A stretch of 64,000 bases of DNA from a virus: UHGV virus genome UHGV-0225074, one strand, 5' to 3'. Of this stretch, positions 1 through 8,495 are shown piece by piece. The notes beneath the pieces were generated by a model. That model worked only from the letters and a program-made list of their open reading frames with translations. It made no database searches and was not told the origin of the DNA. Position numbers and translations under genes: made by a program. Position 1 is the stretch's first letter, and the number at the start of each line of letters is the position of its first letter.

Positions 1-11
1 ACGCAGGCTAT

Positions 12-1103
12 ATGACGATCGACAAAATTGCTTTCCGTCCTCAGTCAAGCCTCTCTCGTACAAAACCTTTTGTCTTCAGCGATGATGGAAGGACAATCAC
101 AGGTGTTTATCAAAGCGCATTAGCTTTTGCTAATTTCCAGAACGGGATGAACCAGATTGCTGGGGCTATGAGTCTCGTCACAAATCTGTCAGGAAATGCG
201 GATGAGAAATTCATCCCTGTGAATAAGTTGATGATAATGTCTCTTGGTGGGACAGAATCAAACCCTACAGGTGTATCACCTCTTGTTGGTTGTTACCGTG
301 CATTCCGTGAAAAAATCCTGATCGAAAACCTTGAAGTTATAGGGGCATCTAAGGACCTCGGTGGTATCATTGAATTAAAGATCCCTTCTTCAATTCTGAA
401 TAAGGCGTCTATGGACCCGAGATCACCTGAAGCAGATATGGTTCGTGGTCTGATGGCTGACGCTGCAAACGCACACTCAGGTGAACAATCTTACTTCATC
501 TTACCTTCAGATATGAATGATAAGGGCGGTGAGCAGTATAAGATGACCCTTAAGGGAATCGATGGGGTTGGTAAACAGTATAGTACCAAGGATCTAATAC
601 AAGAGCGTAAGAAGGCGATCTTGGACAGATTTGGTGCGGGATTCATCAACTTAGGTAATGATGGTCAAGGGTCTTACAACCTGTCGGAATCAAAACAAAC
701 AATCCACGGGCATTTTGTTCAACGAGATATCGATATTATTTGTGAATCATTCAACAAGAACTTGATTCCTCAACTACTCGCTCTTAATAATATCCGTTTG
801 TCTGATGAAGACATGCCGAGACTTAAGCCTGGAGCTATCCAGGAAGTTGATATGGAAAGCTTCTCCAAATTTGTTCAGAGAATTGGTGCTGTTGGTTATC
901 TGCCGAAGACACCTACAGTTATCAACAAGATCCTTGAGGTTGGTGGGTTTGATGAAGAGATTCCTGAAAACACATCTCAAGAGGAACTACTCAAGATCCT
1001 TGGGGAAGATACCAGTCGCTCCGGTGATGGAATGAAGCAAGGTACTTCTGGTAATGGGACGTCTAAAGTAAGAGATAATTCTGTCTCTAACTTGGATAAC
1101 TAA
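12..1103 (+). CDS. head morphogenesis protein, possibly C-terminal part of portal (5' partial; frame open to window edge)
   Basis: ORF in frame with no stop back to position 1; sits immediately upstream of protease-scaffold-decoration-MCP block; polar Gly/Ser-rich C-terminus. Confidence 0.35.
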   Translation: MTIDKIAFRPQSSLSRTKPFVFSDDGRTITGVYQSALAFANFQNGMNQIAGAMSLVTNLSGNADEKFIPVNKLMIMSLGGTESNPTGVSPLVGCYRAFREKILIENLEVIGASKDLGGIIELKIPSSILNKASMDPRSPEADMVRGLMADAANAHSGEQSYFILPSDMNDKGGEQYKMTLKGIDGVGKQYSTKDLIQERKKAILDRFGAGFINLGNDGQGSYNLSESKQTIHGHFVQRDIDIICESFNKNLIPQLLALNNIRLSDEDMPRLKPGAIQEVDMESFSKFVQRIGAVGYLPKTPTVINKILEVGGFDEEIPENTSQEELLKILGEDTSRSGDGMKQGTSGNGTSKVRDNSVSNLDN

Positions 1104-1121
1104 GCAACTCACTGAAATAAC

Positions 1122-1150
1122 TTGCAAAAGAAAATAAACGGTGTTAAAAT
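1122..1150 (+). promoter_or_regulatory. late-type promoter TTGCAA-N17-TGTTAAAAT
   Basis: good -35, 17-nt spacer, extended -10; upstream of the protease-scaffold-MCP operon. Confidence 0.5.
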
Positions 1151-1167
1151 AACTATCAACGGGGAAA

Positions 1168-1797
1168 ATGATGAAATACTCAAGTATTGCTGACCTTCCT
1201 GCATCAGTATCGAATCTGTCTCTCATTCAGAAGAGCAAGGTGCTGGTTCTCGCAAATGGCCTGATTGATTCAGGCCTATCTCCTGAAGCCGCTATTGAGA
1301 AGGCATCTAAAGATGTACTCCATGTAGGGCTGAAGAAGACAGCAATTCAAAAGAATGCCAAGCCTGTATCTGTTGTCAAAGATACTGGAGAACAAATGAT
1401 TTCTTACGAAGTCATTTATGAACCAAACACTAGGGATGCCCACGGTGAATGGATGTCTCCAGAGACAATCGTCAAAGGTAAGGAAAGTTTCGATGCTGCG
1501 CGAGCGGCTGGTCTTGTTAAAGAGAACCTGTTCCACATTGTCGAGACTGATGCCTTTACCATCGAGAAGACTTGGATTCAAGAAGAGTTTGATGTCGTGG
1601 TTATCGGTAGCGAGCAAATCATTAAAGCTGGCACCTGGGTAGCTAAGGTTAAATACAATGATCCTGAACTGTGGCTCTTGAAAAAGGCCAACGCTGTCGG
1701 TGGACTGAGCATTCAATGCTCTGGCTACACAGACAAGGAGACTGGTGAAATCACCGGACTCGATTTCGGGATTGAGATTGCCGAGGAAAACGAATGA
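1168..1797 (+). CDS. putative prohead maturation protease
   Basis: 209 aa, position between portal-like gene and scaffold; His (DAHGEW) and Ser (GGLSIQCSGY) motifs loosely resembling HK97/T4-type prohead proteases; preceded by TTGCAA-N17-TGtTAAAAT promoter. Confidence 0.35.
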   Translation: MMKYSSIADLPASVSNLSLIQKSKVLVLANGLIDSGLSPEAAIEKASKDVLHVGLKKTAIQKNAKPVSVVKDTGEQMISYEVIYEPNTRDAHGEWMSPETIVKGKESFDAARAAGLVKENLFHIVETDAFTIEKTWIQEEFDVVVIGSEQIIKAGTWVAKVKYNDPELWLLKKANAVGGLSIQCSGYTDKETGEITGLDFGIEIAEENE

Positions 1798-2789
1798 GCG
1801 CACTCGTAGTCAAGGCCAAAACTATTAAGGATAAGGGTATCGCACTCTGCCACGAGAGTCAAGGTTATTCTGCAAATATGCGTCCGGTTAGTCTTCTGAT
1901 GAAGTCTGACCTTGCACCTGAACAGATTACCAAAGACGTGGTTAAGGCACTTCGCCAAGTTACTGTCGATATGAGCTTTGAAGAATTCCTTCGTCGCTTC
2001 TTCGATATGTGGAGTAGTGATGCTGAACTCCTTGCCAAACTTTTGGGCTTCGAAACAGAACTGGAAAACGCTGCTGCTGAAAATCCTGATGATGAATGGC
2101 TGCAACGTTGGAATGATGATAACCAAGAATGGTTAGAATCGAAGATGGAGTCCATCTCTATCGCCAAAGCTGCAAATGCAGGTGAAGAGCTGGACCTTGT
2201 GAAGCAATATGAACTAATCAAACTCCAACAGATGTTTGAGAAGGGTGTTGCAGAGCACGGTGTCATTTTTGATGCCAAAGACACTCAGGAGACTGAGGTC
2301 ATCAAGGACGCTGCTAAACCAGACGTACCTGTTCAAAATACAATTGAAAACAAGGAGACCTCTGTGTCCGATACTGTTGATGTAACCAAATCCCAGGAGT
2401 ACCTGGACCTGGTTAAAAAGCTTGAAGAAGCTAATGCAAAAAATGCCCAAGCAGAACTGATTATCAAGGCTGCTGTTGAAGCAGAAAAGAAAAATGCTCT
2501 TACAAAAGCCAAAGGTTTTACTTTTGCCGCTGAAGAAGACCATGAATCTCTTGCTGACTTCATCATTGAAAAAGCTAACGCCCCAGTGGTAGCTCTTCTG
2601 GAAAAAGCCCAAGCTCGTATTAGCGAACTGGAAACAGAAGTTGAAACTGTGAAGAAAGAGTTCGGTACTCAGGAAAATGGTATCAACCAAGAGGTTGTTA
2701 CTGAAGACCTAGCTAAGTCCGCCGAAGATGTTCTTAAAGCTAACGTGCAGAAAGCTCTAGAAGCTGCTCGCGCTCGCAAAACTGCCTAA
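1794..2789 (+). CDS. scaffolding protein
   Basis: 331 aa, highly acidic, Ala/Glu/Lys-rich predicted coiled coil, directly upstream of decoration and major capsid genes; start overlaps upstream stop. Confidence 0.55.
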   Translation: MSALVVKAKTIKDKGIALCHESQGYSANMRPVSLLMKSDLAPEQITKDVVKALRQVTVDMSFEEFLRRFFDMWSSDAELLAKLLGFETELENAAAENPDDEWLQRWNDDNQEWLESKMESISIAKAANAGEELDLVKQYELIKLQQMFEKGVAEHGVIFDAKDTQETEVIKDAAKPDVPVQNTIENKETSVSDTVDVTKSQEYLDLVKKLEEANAKNAQAELIIKAAVEAEKKNALTKAKGFTFAAEEDHESLADFIIEKANAPVVALLEKAQARISELETEVETVKKEFGTQENGINQEVVTEDLAKSAEDVLKANVQKALEAARARKTA

Positions 2790-2808
2790 TATCGAGGAGA
2801 TAATATAA

Positions 2809-3231
2809 ATGGCTAATCCGATTCAAGGGTTCTACTCTGACATCGTCCTGGGTAAAGTTGATTCTTCTGATCAGGGCTACAGCTTCCTGGAAATGGAAAT
2901 CACCTATTCCGCAGGGCTGAAGGCTGGGATGATCGTCAAGTCTGATGGTACTCTGGCTGCAACTGCCGACGCTGCAAGCGCATTTGGTGTAATCACCGAC
3001 CGCGACCTGGTGACTTCTTCTTACACCATGCCACGTCCTTTCGTAGTTGGTCAAAAATACAATTTCGTGGTTGCTGTTCGTGGTCTGACCCTGAACAAAT
3101 CCAAACTGTTCTTTGCTGATGGTACTACTGCTATCAACGCTGCTGCTATCGCTGCTCTTGAGGCCAAAGGTCTGAAGATCACTGATAAATATTACGACGG
3201 CTCCGTTGAGATCCCAGTAACGTCTATCTAA
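2809..3231 (+). CDS. putative head decoration protein
   Basis: 140 aa, strong SD GAGGAGATAA, high-expression codon usage, located between scaffold and MCP. Confidence 0.4.
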   Translation: MANPIQGFYSDIVLGKVDSSDQGYSFLEMEITYSAGLKAGMIVKSDGTLAATADAASAFGVITDRDLVTSSYTMPRPFVVGQKYNFVVAVRGLTLNKSKLFFADGTTAINAAAIAALEAKGLKITDKYYDGSVEIPVTSI

Positions 3232-3251
3232 TCTACACCAAGGAGAAAATA

Positions 3252-4265
3252 ATGGCAGTAGTACGCACTAATGATTTCCAGATCGTCGACCTAGGCGCAA
3301 CTCTGGAAATTGTACCTCGTCAGTACCGTATGATCACCAACATGAACCTTTTCGAGGCTTATCACGGTGTTTCCACTATCGCTCAGATCGAGCGTGTTGA
3401 TGAAATGGTTACTGACTTCCCGGCCCGTCGTCGTCAGGGTGAACGTAACTACGTTGGTACTGAAAAGGCCCAACTGAAAAACTTCAACATTCCGTTCTTC
3501 CCGCTGGATCGCCAGATCACTCCGGCAGACGTGCAGAACTTCCGTAAATATTTCACTGCGGACGCTCCTAAATCTGTACAGGATGTAGTTGAACGTGTTG
3601 TTCGTCGTATCCGTATTTCTCATGAACAGCTTAAAGAAAAAGCAATGCTTCAGGCAATCATGGGTAAATCTTGGGCACCGCAGGACCCGACTGCACAGTA
3701 TAACTACTTCACCGAATGGGGTGTTACCCAAGAAGTTGTTAACGTGGATTTCACTGACGTTGCAGTTGACCCGTCTGACCTGATCGAAAACGATGGTCGT
3801 GCATTCATCATCGACAACGCTGGTGACAACGGAAACAACTATGACATCGTAGTCCTGGCTTCTCGTAAATGGTTCTCTGCTTTCGTAGGTCACCCGCTGA
3901 TCATGAACGCATACCAATACTACAGCTCTACTCAAGAGCCGCTGCGTCGTCGTCTTGGTGACGGACAAGAGAACGCTAACAACCGTTCCTTCGTTCACAA
4001 GAACGTTCTGTACATCGAAGATATCTCCGGCTACATCCCGGACGGTGAAGCTTACATGCTGCCACGCGGTATCGACAACATGTTCCAGATCCACTATGCG
4101 CCAGCAGATGATGTTCGTGAAGCGAATACTCCGGCACAAGAGCTGTACCTGTGGTACAAATCTTCTGCTTACCTGCGTGAAGAGAAGGTAGAGTCTGAAA
4201 CTTCCTTCCTGACAGTTAACTGCCGCCCAGAGCTGGTTGTTAAACTGACTGGTACTTTCGCATAA
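3252..4265 (+). CDS. major capsid protein
   Basis: 337 aa, strong SD AAGGAGAAAA, highly biased codon usage (cgt/ctg/ggt), followed by strong intrinsic terminator; canonical position after scaffold/decoration. Confidence 0.7.
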   Translation: MAVVRTNDFQIVDLGATLEIVPRQYRMITNMNLFEAYHGVSTIAQIERVDEMVTDFPARRRQGERNYVGTEKAQLKNFNIPFFPLDRQITPADVQNFRKYFTADAPKSVQDVVERVVRRIRISHEQLKEKAMLQAIMGKSWAPQDPTAQYNYFTEWGVTQEVVNVDFTDVAVDPSDLIENDGRAFIIDNAGDNGNNYDIVVLASRKWFSAFVGHPLIMNAYQYYSSTQEPLRRRLGDGQENANNRSFVHKNVLYIEDISGYIPDGEAYMLPRGIDNMFQIHYAPADDVREANTPAQELYLWYKSSAYLREEKVESETSFLTVNCRPELVVKLTGTFA

Positions 4266-4287
4266 TATAGCTTAAAGCTACCTCTAA

Positions 4288-4321
4288 GAGGGGGAGGTGT
4301 TAATCACCTCTCCCTTTTTTC
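4288..4321 (+). terminator. rho-independent terminator downstream of major capsid gene
   Basis: GGGAGGTG ttaat CACCTC(T)CCC stem-loop followed by TTTTTTCATTTT. Confidence 0.7.
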
Positions 4322-4383
4322 ATTTTAAGATTAGCATGGTGATCTTATATGTCAAGAGGTTTATGAGGATCAAAGGAGATTCT

Positions 4384-4917
4384 ATGGCAAATCAAAATTA
4401 TCGCATTTTCCCGAACAAGGTAGAGCTTTTCAAGTTCTTTGGTGCATACATTCCCGAATTGAACATTAGTGCTTCAAGCCGCTTACCCCTAAATGGCTTC
4501 GCCCTTGGTAAGCAAATGAAGGCTTTTCGTTCTTTCATGGAGTTCTTCCAGGAACTTGCAGACCTGTCCGGTCTTCCTGTAGATACTAAGGCCTCCACTC
4601 TGAGAATGGGCAACTTTATCGTATTCTTTAATGGTGAGATTACACCACCTTCTGATGTTAAGTCGCCCGTGGCTAAACAAAAGGTTGAAGAAACCGTGGT
4701 TGCACAGGGTATAGAAGATAATGCAAAAGCAAATGAGCAAATAAAGCCAGATGTGAAAGCAATTATTGCGGAAGCCTCTGCTTTACGAGATGATGCTGAT
4801 AAGAAAGGCAGCAAAGATAAACTTGCTGAATTCGCAGCAAACAAAGGTGTTACTCTGTCGAAGACCAAGACCTTCGAAAACATGTTAGTTGATCTTGAGG
4901 CAGCGCTGACAGCTTAA
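4384..4917 (+). CDS. hypothetical structural protein
   Basis: ATG at 4384 with SD AAAGGAGA; the track ORF starts at 4297 inside the terminator and was trimmed; Lys/Ala-rich C-terminus. Confidence 0.45.
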   Translation: MANQNYRIFPNKVELFKFFGAYIPELNISASSRLPLNGFALGKQMKAFRSFMEFFQELADLSGLPVDTKASTLRMGNFIVFFNGEITPPSDVKSPVAKQKVEETVVAQGIEDNAKANEQIKPDVKAIIAEASALRDDADKKGSKDKLAEFAANKGVTLSKTKTFENMLVDLEAALTA

Positions 4918-4933
4918 GCCTGGGAGGTAGAGT

Positions 4934-5566
4934 ATGTCAATAGCTTCGGCTGGTGTAGCGGGTGTTGTTTATGGAAGAACGCTTGTAAGTCAAAAGACTG
5001 GCAAGAAAATTGATTTTGATGACATTGGTGGTGATGGGATCCAAGGGCCACCAGGTCCAGAGGGGCCTCAGGGGCCTACCGGACCAAAGGGAGACCAAGG
5101 GGAAAGCGGTATTACAACACACAGAGTAAAATCCGAGTGTTATTTTACCGGACTTAACCTTGTTGTTGGTACAACCCCTAGTAACCTTATCAGCCTAATA
5201 AAATCTTTACCGCATACAGGATCGCTATCTCCGTTCTTTAACACGACGACCAATAAGCTGAATGTTTTTAATGAAGATGCAACCTGTGATTTTAAGTTGA
5301 ACATTACTGGTTCATGGGGAGGCTCTACTGTAAATAGAAGTATGACGATAGATTTCCCACAAACAAACGGTAACTCACTGACAAAGACCAGAGATGCTCA
5401 AGTAACATCTGACATATTATCATTTCCAACATTTTTCAGTGTGGACAAGAATGGAAACTTGGCAACAAACGGCAGTGATATCACACTGGTCTCTAATGGT
5501 GCCAGCTTTACAATAACATCTTTACTGATCATCGCTGAACAATTAATCCCGACCACAATGGTCTAA
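4934..5566 (+). CDS. collagen-like repeat fibre protein
   Basis: G-X-Y triplets GIQGPPGPEGPQGPTGPKGDQGESG; N-terminal motif SAGVAGVVYG shared with next ORF; SD GGGAGGTAGAGT. Confidence 0.5.
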   Translation: MSIASAGVAGVVYGRTLVSQKTGKKIDFDDIGGDGIQGPPGPEGPQGPTGPKGDQGESGITTHRVKSECYFTGLNLVVGTTPSNLISLIKSLPHTGSLSPFFNTTTNKLNVFNEDATCDFKLNITGSWGGSTVNRSMTIDFPQTNGNSLTKTRDAQVTSDILSFPTFFSVDKNGNLATNGSDITLVSNGASFTITSLLIIAEQLIPTTMV

Positions 5567-5586
5567 CTTCTAAGGAGAAGTAAAAT

Positions 5587-5886
5587 ATGGCAACATCTGG
5601 TGTAGCAGGACTGGTCTACGGTACAAAACTGATTGACCTTGCAACTGGCGGGGTTATTTCCTTCGCTGATGTAATCGCTGCCGCAGGCGGCGGTGGAGCT
5701 GTGGCATGGGCCGACATTACTGGCAAGCCTACCACTTTTGCTCCCGTGGCTGCAACCACTTCTGTGGTGGGTGGTGTTAAAATGGCAGCAACACAGGCCA
5801 ATACGGTTGCGACTGACGTAGCTGGACTGGTTACCGACTTTAATGCCCTTCTTTCCAAGCTGAAGGCTGCTGGCATTATGGCATAA
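5587..5886 (+). CDS. Gly/Ala-rich fibre-like protein, paralogous N-terminus to 4934..5566
   Basis: 99 aa; N-terminus MATSGVAGLVYG matches MSIASAGVAGVVYG of the upstream collagen-like gene; SD AAGGAGAAG. Confidence 0.45.
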   Translation: MATSGVAGLVYGTKLIDLATGGVISFADVIAAAGGGGAVAWADITGKPTTFAPVAATTSVVGGVKMAATQANTVATDVAGLVTDFNALLSKLKAAGIMA

Positions 5887-5890
5887 TATA

Positions 5891-5917
5891 AAGGCCCTCC
5901 GGGGCCTTATTTTTTTA
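5891..5917. terminator. bidirectional rho-independent terminator
   Basis: AGGCCC tccg GGGCCT followed by TTATTTTTTT on the + strand and overlapping the stop of the - strand moron gene. Confidence 0.7.
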
Positions 5918-6305
5918 GTAGCGGTCTCGCCTCTGGTTTCAAAGATACCTGAAGATAAGGTTGTCGGCCATCTTTATAATATTTACAGATGTAAGTTCCT
6001 GTTGCAAGAACAGTACCGTTCACTATCCCCATATTTCTCATTACTTGGAAACTATCTTCTTGTTCTTCCATCTCATCTAACATACCTGTCTGCGTCGTCA
6101 GAGTGCCGGGAATGAATGCCTTTCTGAATTCTGTATCACATTTCATCCCCGCGATACGATGAATGGCCTCTGTTTTTTCTTCAGCCGACAACCAGCTCGA
6201 AGAAACATCGTCAAACTTGTTCATATTGGGATTGGTTTTCATAAAGTAGATAAGTCCGCCAGAGACAACTATGGCTGTGATAACACCTGCTATTACTGCT
6301 TTCAT
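5907..6305 (-). CDS. membrane-anchored hypothetical protein (reverse-oriented moron in the structural module)
   Basis: ATG at 6305 with SD GAGGAG; N-terminal TM helix (AVIAGVITAIVVSGGLIYF) then ~110 aa soluble domain; opposite strand to all neighbours; own TTGACA-16-TATTCT promoter. Confidence 0.55.
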   Translation of the reverse strand: MKAVIAGVITAIVVSGGLIYFMKTNPNMNKFDDVSSSWLSAEEKTEAIHRIAGMKCDTEFRKAFIPGTLTTQTGMLDEMEEQEDSFQVMRNMGIVNGTVLATGTYICKYYKDGRQPYLQVSLKPEARPLLKK

Positions 6306-6331
6306 GGGATTCTCCTCAATAATTTTCTTTG

Positions 6332-6359
6332 AGAATAGCATCCTGTCACATGATGTCAA
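6332..6359 (-). promoter_or_regulatory. sigma70-like promoter for the moron gene
   Basis: reverse complement reads TTGACA-16 nt-TATTCT about 25 nt upstream of the SD. Confidence 0.4.
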
Positions 6360-6368
6360 GTGTTTTTG

Positions 6369-6397
6369 ATGACAAAATCGACGTTCTATGATAAGAT
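6369..6397 (+). promoter_or_regulatory. sigma70-like promoter (extended -10) for the 6430 operon
   Basis: ATGACA-17 nt-TGATAAGAT; a TTGATAAATAG element also present downstream. Confidence 0.35.
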
Positions 6398-6429
6398 ATT
6401 GATAAATAGAAGAGCTTGAAGGAGCAAAA

Positions 6430-6948
6430 ATGACAGACCAAGAAATTGTTGCTTATATCCGCCTGCTCCTTGGGTCCATTTCCCCGGAAGTCTTACCCGA
6501 CGAGATTATCCTTGCCTTTTTGGCAATAGAGAAATCAAAGGCTAATTACCCCAGTGATGATAACACGCCATGCACCGTTTACTACGTTATTTACAATACC
6601 CTTGTTGACGTGGTACGTTGGTTGATTCTTCAGGAAGTGAACACAGGAGAGGCATCAATCACGGATCGCCTTGAAAAGATTGGTGATGAAACTATCCAGA
6701 TTAAAGGTGGTTCTCCTTATCAAAACTGGAAAGACTTCCTCGACTGGCTGCTTGAAAACCCTGACTATGTTAATGATTGCTTAAGCGCAGTCAGAGGACT
6801 CGTCATTGTTGGTGGCGTTCGTGAAGACGAGTTCAACCGTGTCAAATACGACAGAAACTCCCGTGGACCTTTCGATGTTGGTGGCATAATTCCACAGACT
6901 GGAGTGCCAGGAATTCCTCGTCGATACCCTCGCCGTTGGCCTTACTAA
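6430..6948 (+). CDS. hypothetical virion protein (head completion/neck region)
   Basis: 172 aa, SD GAAGGAG, first gene after the moron in the neck cluster. Confidence 0.4.
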   Translation: MTDQEIVAYIRLLLGSISPEVLPDEIILAFLAIEKSKANYPSDDNTPCTVYYVIYNTLVDVVRWLILQEVNTGEASITDRLEKIGDETIQIKGGSPYQNWKDFLDWLLENPDYVNDCLSAVRGLVIVGGVREDEFNRVKYDRNSRGPFDVGGIIPQTGVPGIPRRYPRRWPY

Positions 6949-6966
6949 TTATCCAAACCTTTATCA

Positions 6967-6995
6967 TTGATTTTGCTAAGATAATGTGGTAAAAT
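6967..6995 (+). promoter_or_regulatory. late-type promoter TTGATT-N17-TGGTAAAAT
   Basis: member of the recurring TTGnnn-N17-TGnTAAAAT motif family upstream of structural operons. Confidence 0.45.
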
Positions 6996-7013
6996 ACCTA
7001 AACGGATGCAGTC

Positions 7014-7487
7014 ATGAGACCAAATTTCAAAAGTACACAAGATCTTAGCCAGCTGATGAACTTCTTTAATGTGGTTAAGAAGCTGGATTATCGTCAGGTA
7101 AGCTACGGCTTTTTCGACGATCCTCACTATTCCGGCCTGAATACTGCAACTCTTGCAGCGATTCATGAAGAGGGTTGGAATAACCTCCCGGCTCGTACTT
7201 TCATGACTAGCGCGGGTGTTCTTTTCCAGAAAGAACTTAAAAAATTTCAGATCGACCTTTTCGGTCAATTGGCTGCGGGAGCGCAAGACCCGACTCCAGT
7301 CCTGAAACAAATCGGTCAAGCAGGTGCAGACAAGATTCGATATGTTATCGAAGGTGGTCTGTTCCCTAATAACATCGTATCTGATGCATGGGCTGATGTC
7401 AAAGGATTTAAAGAGGCCATGTTCCACTACGGCGACCTGAAGTCATCTGCAACCTATAAGATTTCCACTGGGAAGGGGACTAAATGA
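7014..7487 (+). CDS. hypothetical neck/head-tail joining protein
   Basis: 157 aa, in a chain of overlapping-stop/start genes leading to the tail sheath. Confidence 0.35.
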   Translation: MRPNFKSTQDLSQLMNFFNVVKKLDYRQVSYGFFDDPHYSGLNTATLAAIHEEGWNNLPARTFMTSAGVLFQKELKKFQIDLFGQLAAGAQDPTPVLKQIGQAGADKIRYVIEGGLFPNNIVSDAWADVKGFKEAMFHYGDLKSSATYKISTGKGTK

Positions 7488-7921
7488 CACCAGGCTACAG
7501 ACTAATAGGCAGGAATAAGCTGATTCCGAGAAAGACCTTCATCGGAAGACATCGTACTTTTTCCCAGCCAGACCCAGACAATCCATTCGAAAACCAAGAG
7601 ATCGCTATTCAGTATGAAGAGTTTGATGTCTTGGAATGCGTTGTTCAGCCTCTGACAGGCAAGGCAGCAAGAGACTACACTTCTCAGTTGACCGAGGCTG
7701 GCGGCAGACAGTATGATTCATTCACTGTATATTCGTCAACTCTTCTTAAAGGTCCTGTCGAAGGTTCTTTCCTGCTAGCAGATCAAATCCAGCTCATGAA
7801 TTCCCGTGGGGAAATGGAATGGTTTACTGTTATCAAGTCTGATCCGTATCAGACGACAGGGGTGAGCCGTTACAGAGCGTATGTGATCTCTACGCCTGCG
7901 GGGACAGAAGGAGGCCTATGA
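7484..7921 (+). CDS. hypothetical neck/tail completion protein
   Basis: 145 aa, start overlaps upstream stop (translational coupling). Confidence 0.35.
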   Translation: MTPGYRLIGRNKLIPRKTFIGRHRTFSQPDPDNPFENQEIAIQYEEFDVLECVVQPLTGKAARDYTSQLTEAGGRQYDSFTVYSSTLLKGPVEGSFLLADQIQLMNSRGEMEWFTVIKSDPYQTTGVSRYRAYVISTPAGTEGGL

Positions 7922-8463
7922 TGGCAGACTTCGTAACAAACTCCGATGATATTTTTGACGCCCTCGCAGTTACGCTCGCCAGATTTTGCAAAGAAGTCAC
8001 GGGGAGAAAAATAATTGACGGGGACGGAGACGTCATATCCAAGGTAGAGGGTGAGTTCATCATGCTCAACCAAGTTACCGCTGACCAGATGGACTGGGCT
8101 GCGAACGAGTGGGTAGATGAGAGCGGTAACGCTGTAATAACTCACAACTACGAGGTGGTTTACAACCTGACAGCATTTCGAGGAAAAGCATCAAATGCAT
8201 TAACTCGGATTCTACAGGCCTTGAGCCTCCCCTACATCTGCGACAAGTATTTTCCAACCAATTCCCCATTTGCATATTCTTCTTCCTCAACGGTATCGCG
8301 CCAGAGAGTTCCGTTGAACATGCAAACCTTCGAAAACCGTGCAACTGTACTTATCACTTTTAACGTCTGCGTTGGAGTGACAGATACAGGAGCTTTCGAG
8401 GATATCGAGAGGGTGAATGCAGAGATGGTTTATTACTATCCGGCTCCAGATGATCAACAATAA
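7918..8463 (+). CDS. hypothetical tail completion/sheath terminator protein
   Basis: 181 aa, ATGA overlap with upstream gene, immediately precedes tail sheath. Confidence 0.35.
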   Translation: MMADFVTNSDDIFDALAVTLARFCKEVTGRKIIDGDGDVISKVEGEFIMLNQVTADQMDWAANEWVDESGNAVITHNYEVVYNLTAFRGKASNALTRILQALSLPYICDKYFPTNSPFAYSSSSTVSRQRVPLNMQTFENRATVLITFNVCVGVTDTGAFEDIERVNAEMVYYYPAPDDQQ

Positions 8464-8495
8464 CTTTATGAAAGAAATAGAAGAAGAGGAAATCA

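Noticed and set aside
3291-4139. 282-aa antisense ORF inside the major capsid gene, and similar long antisense ORFs inside the sheath (8591..9091), tape measure (13068..13400), polymerase (46793..47257) and helicase genes
   Set aside because: They overlap strongly coding, well-supported genes on the opposite strand, lack SD sequences, and have unbiased composition, which is typical of shadow ORFs.
4297-4383. Long start of ORF 4297..4917
   Set aside because: The first 29 codons overlap the MCP terminator hairpin and T-run; the ATG at 4384 has AAAGGAGA upstream.
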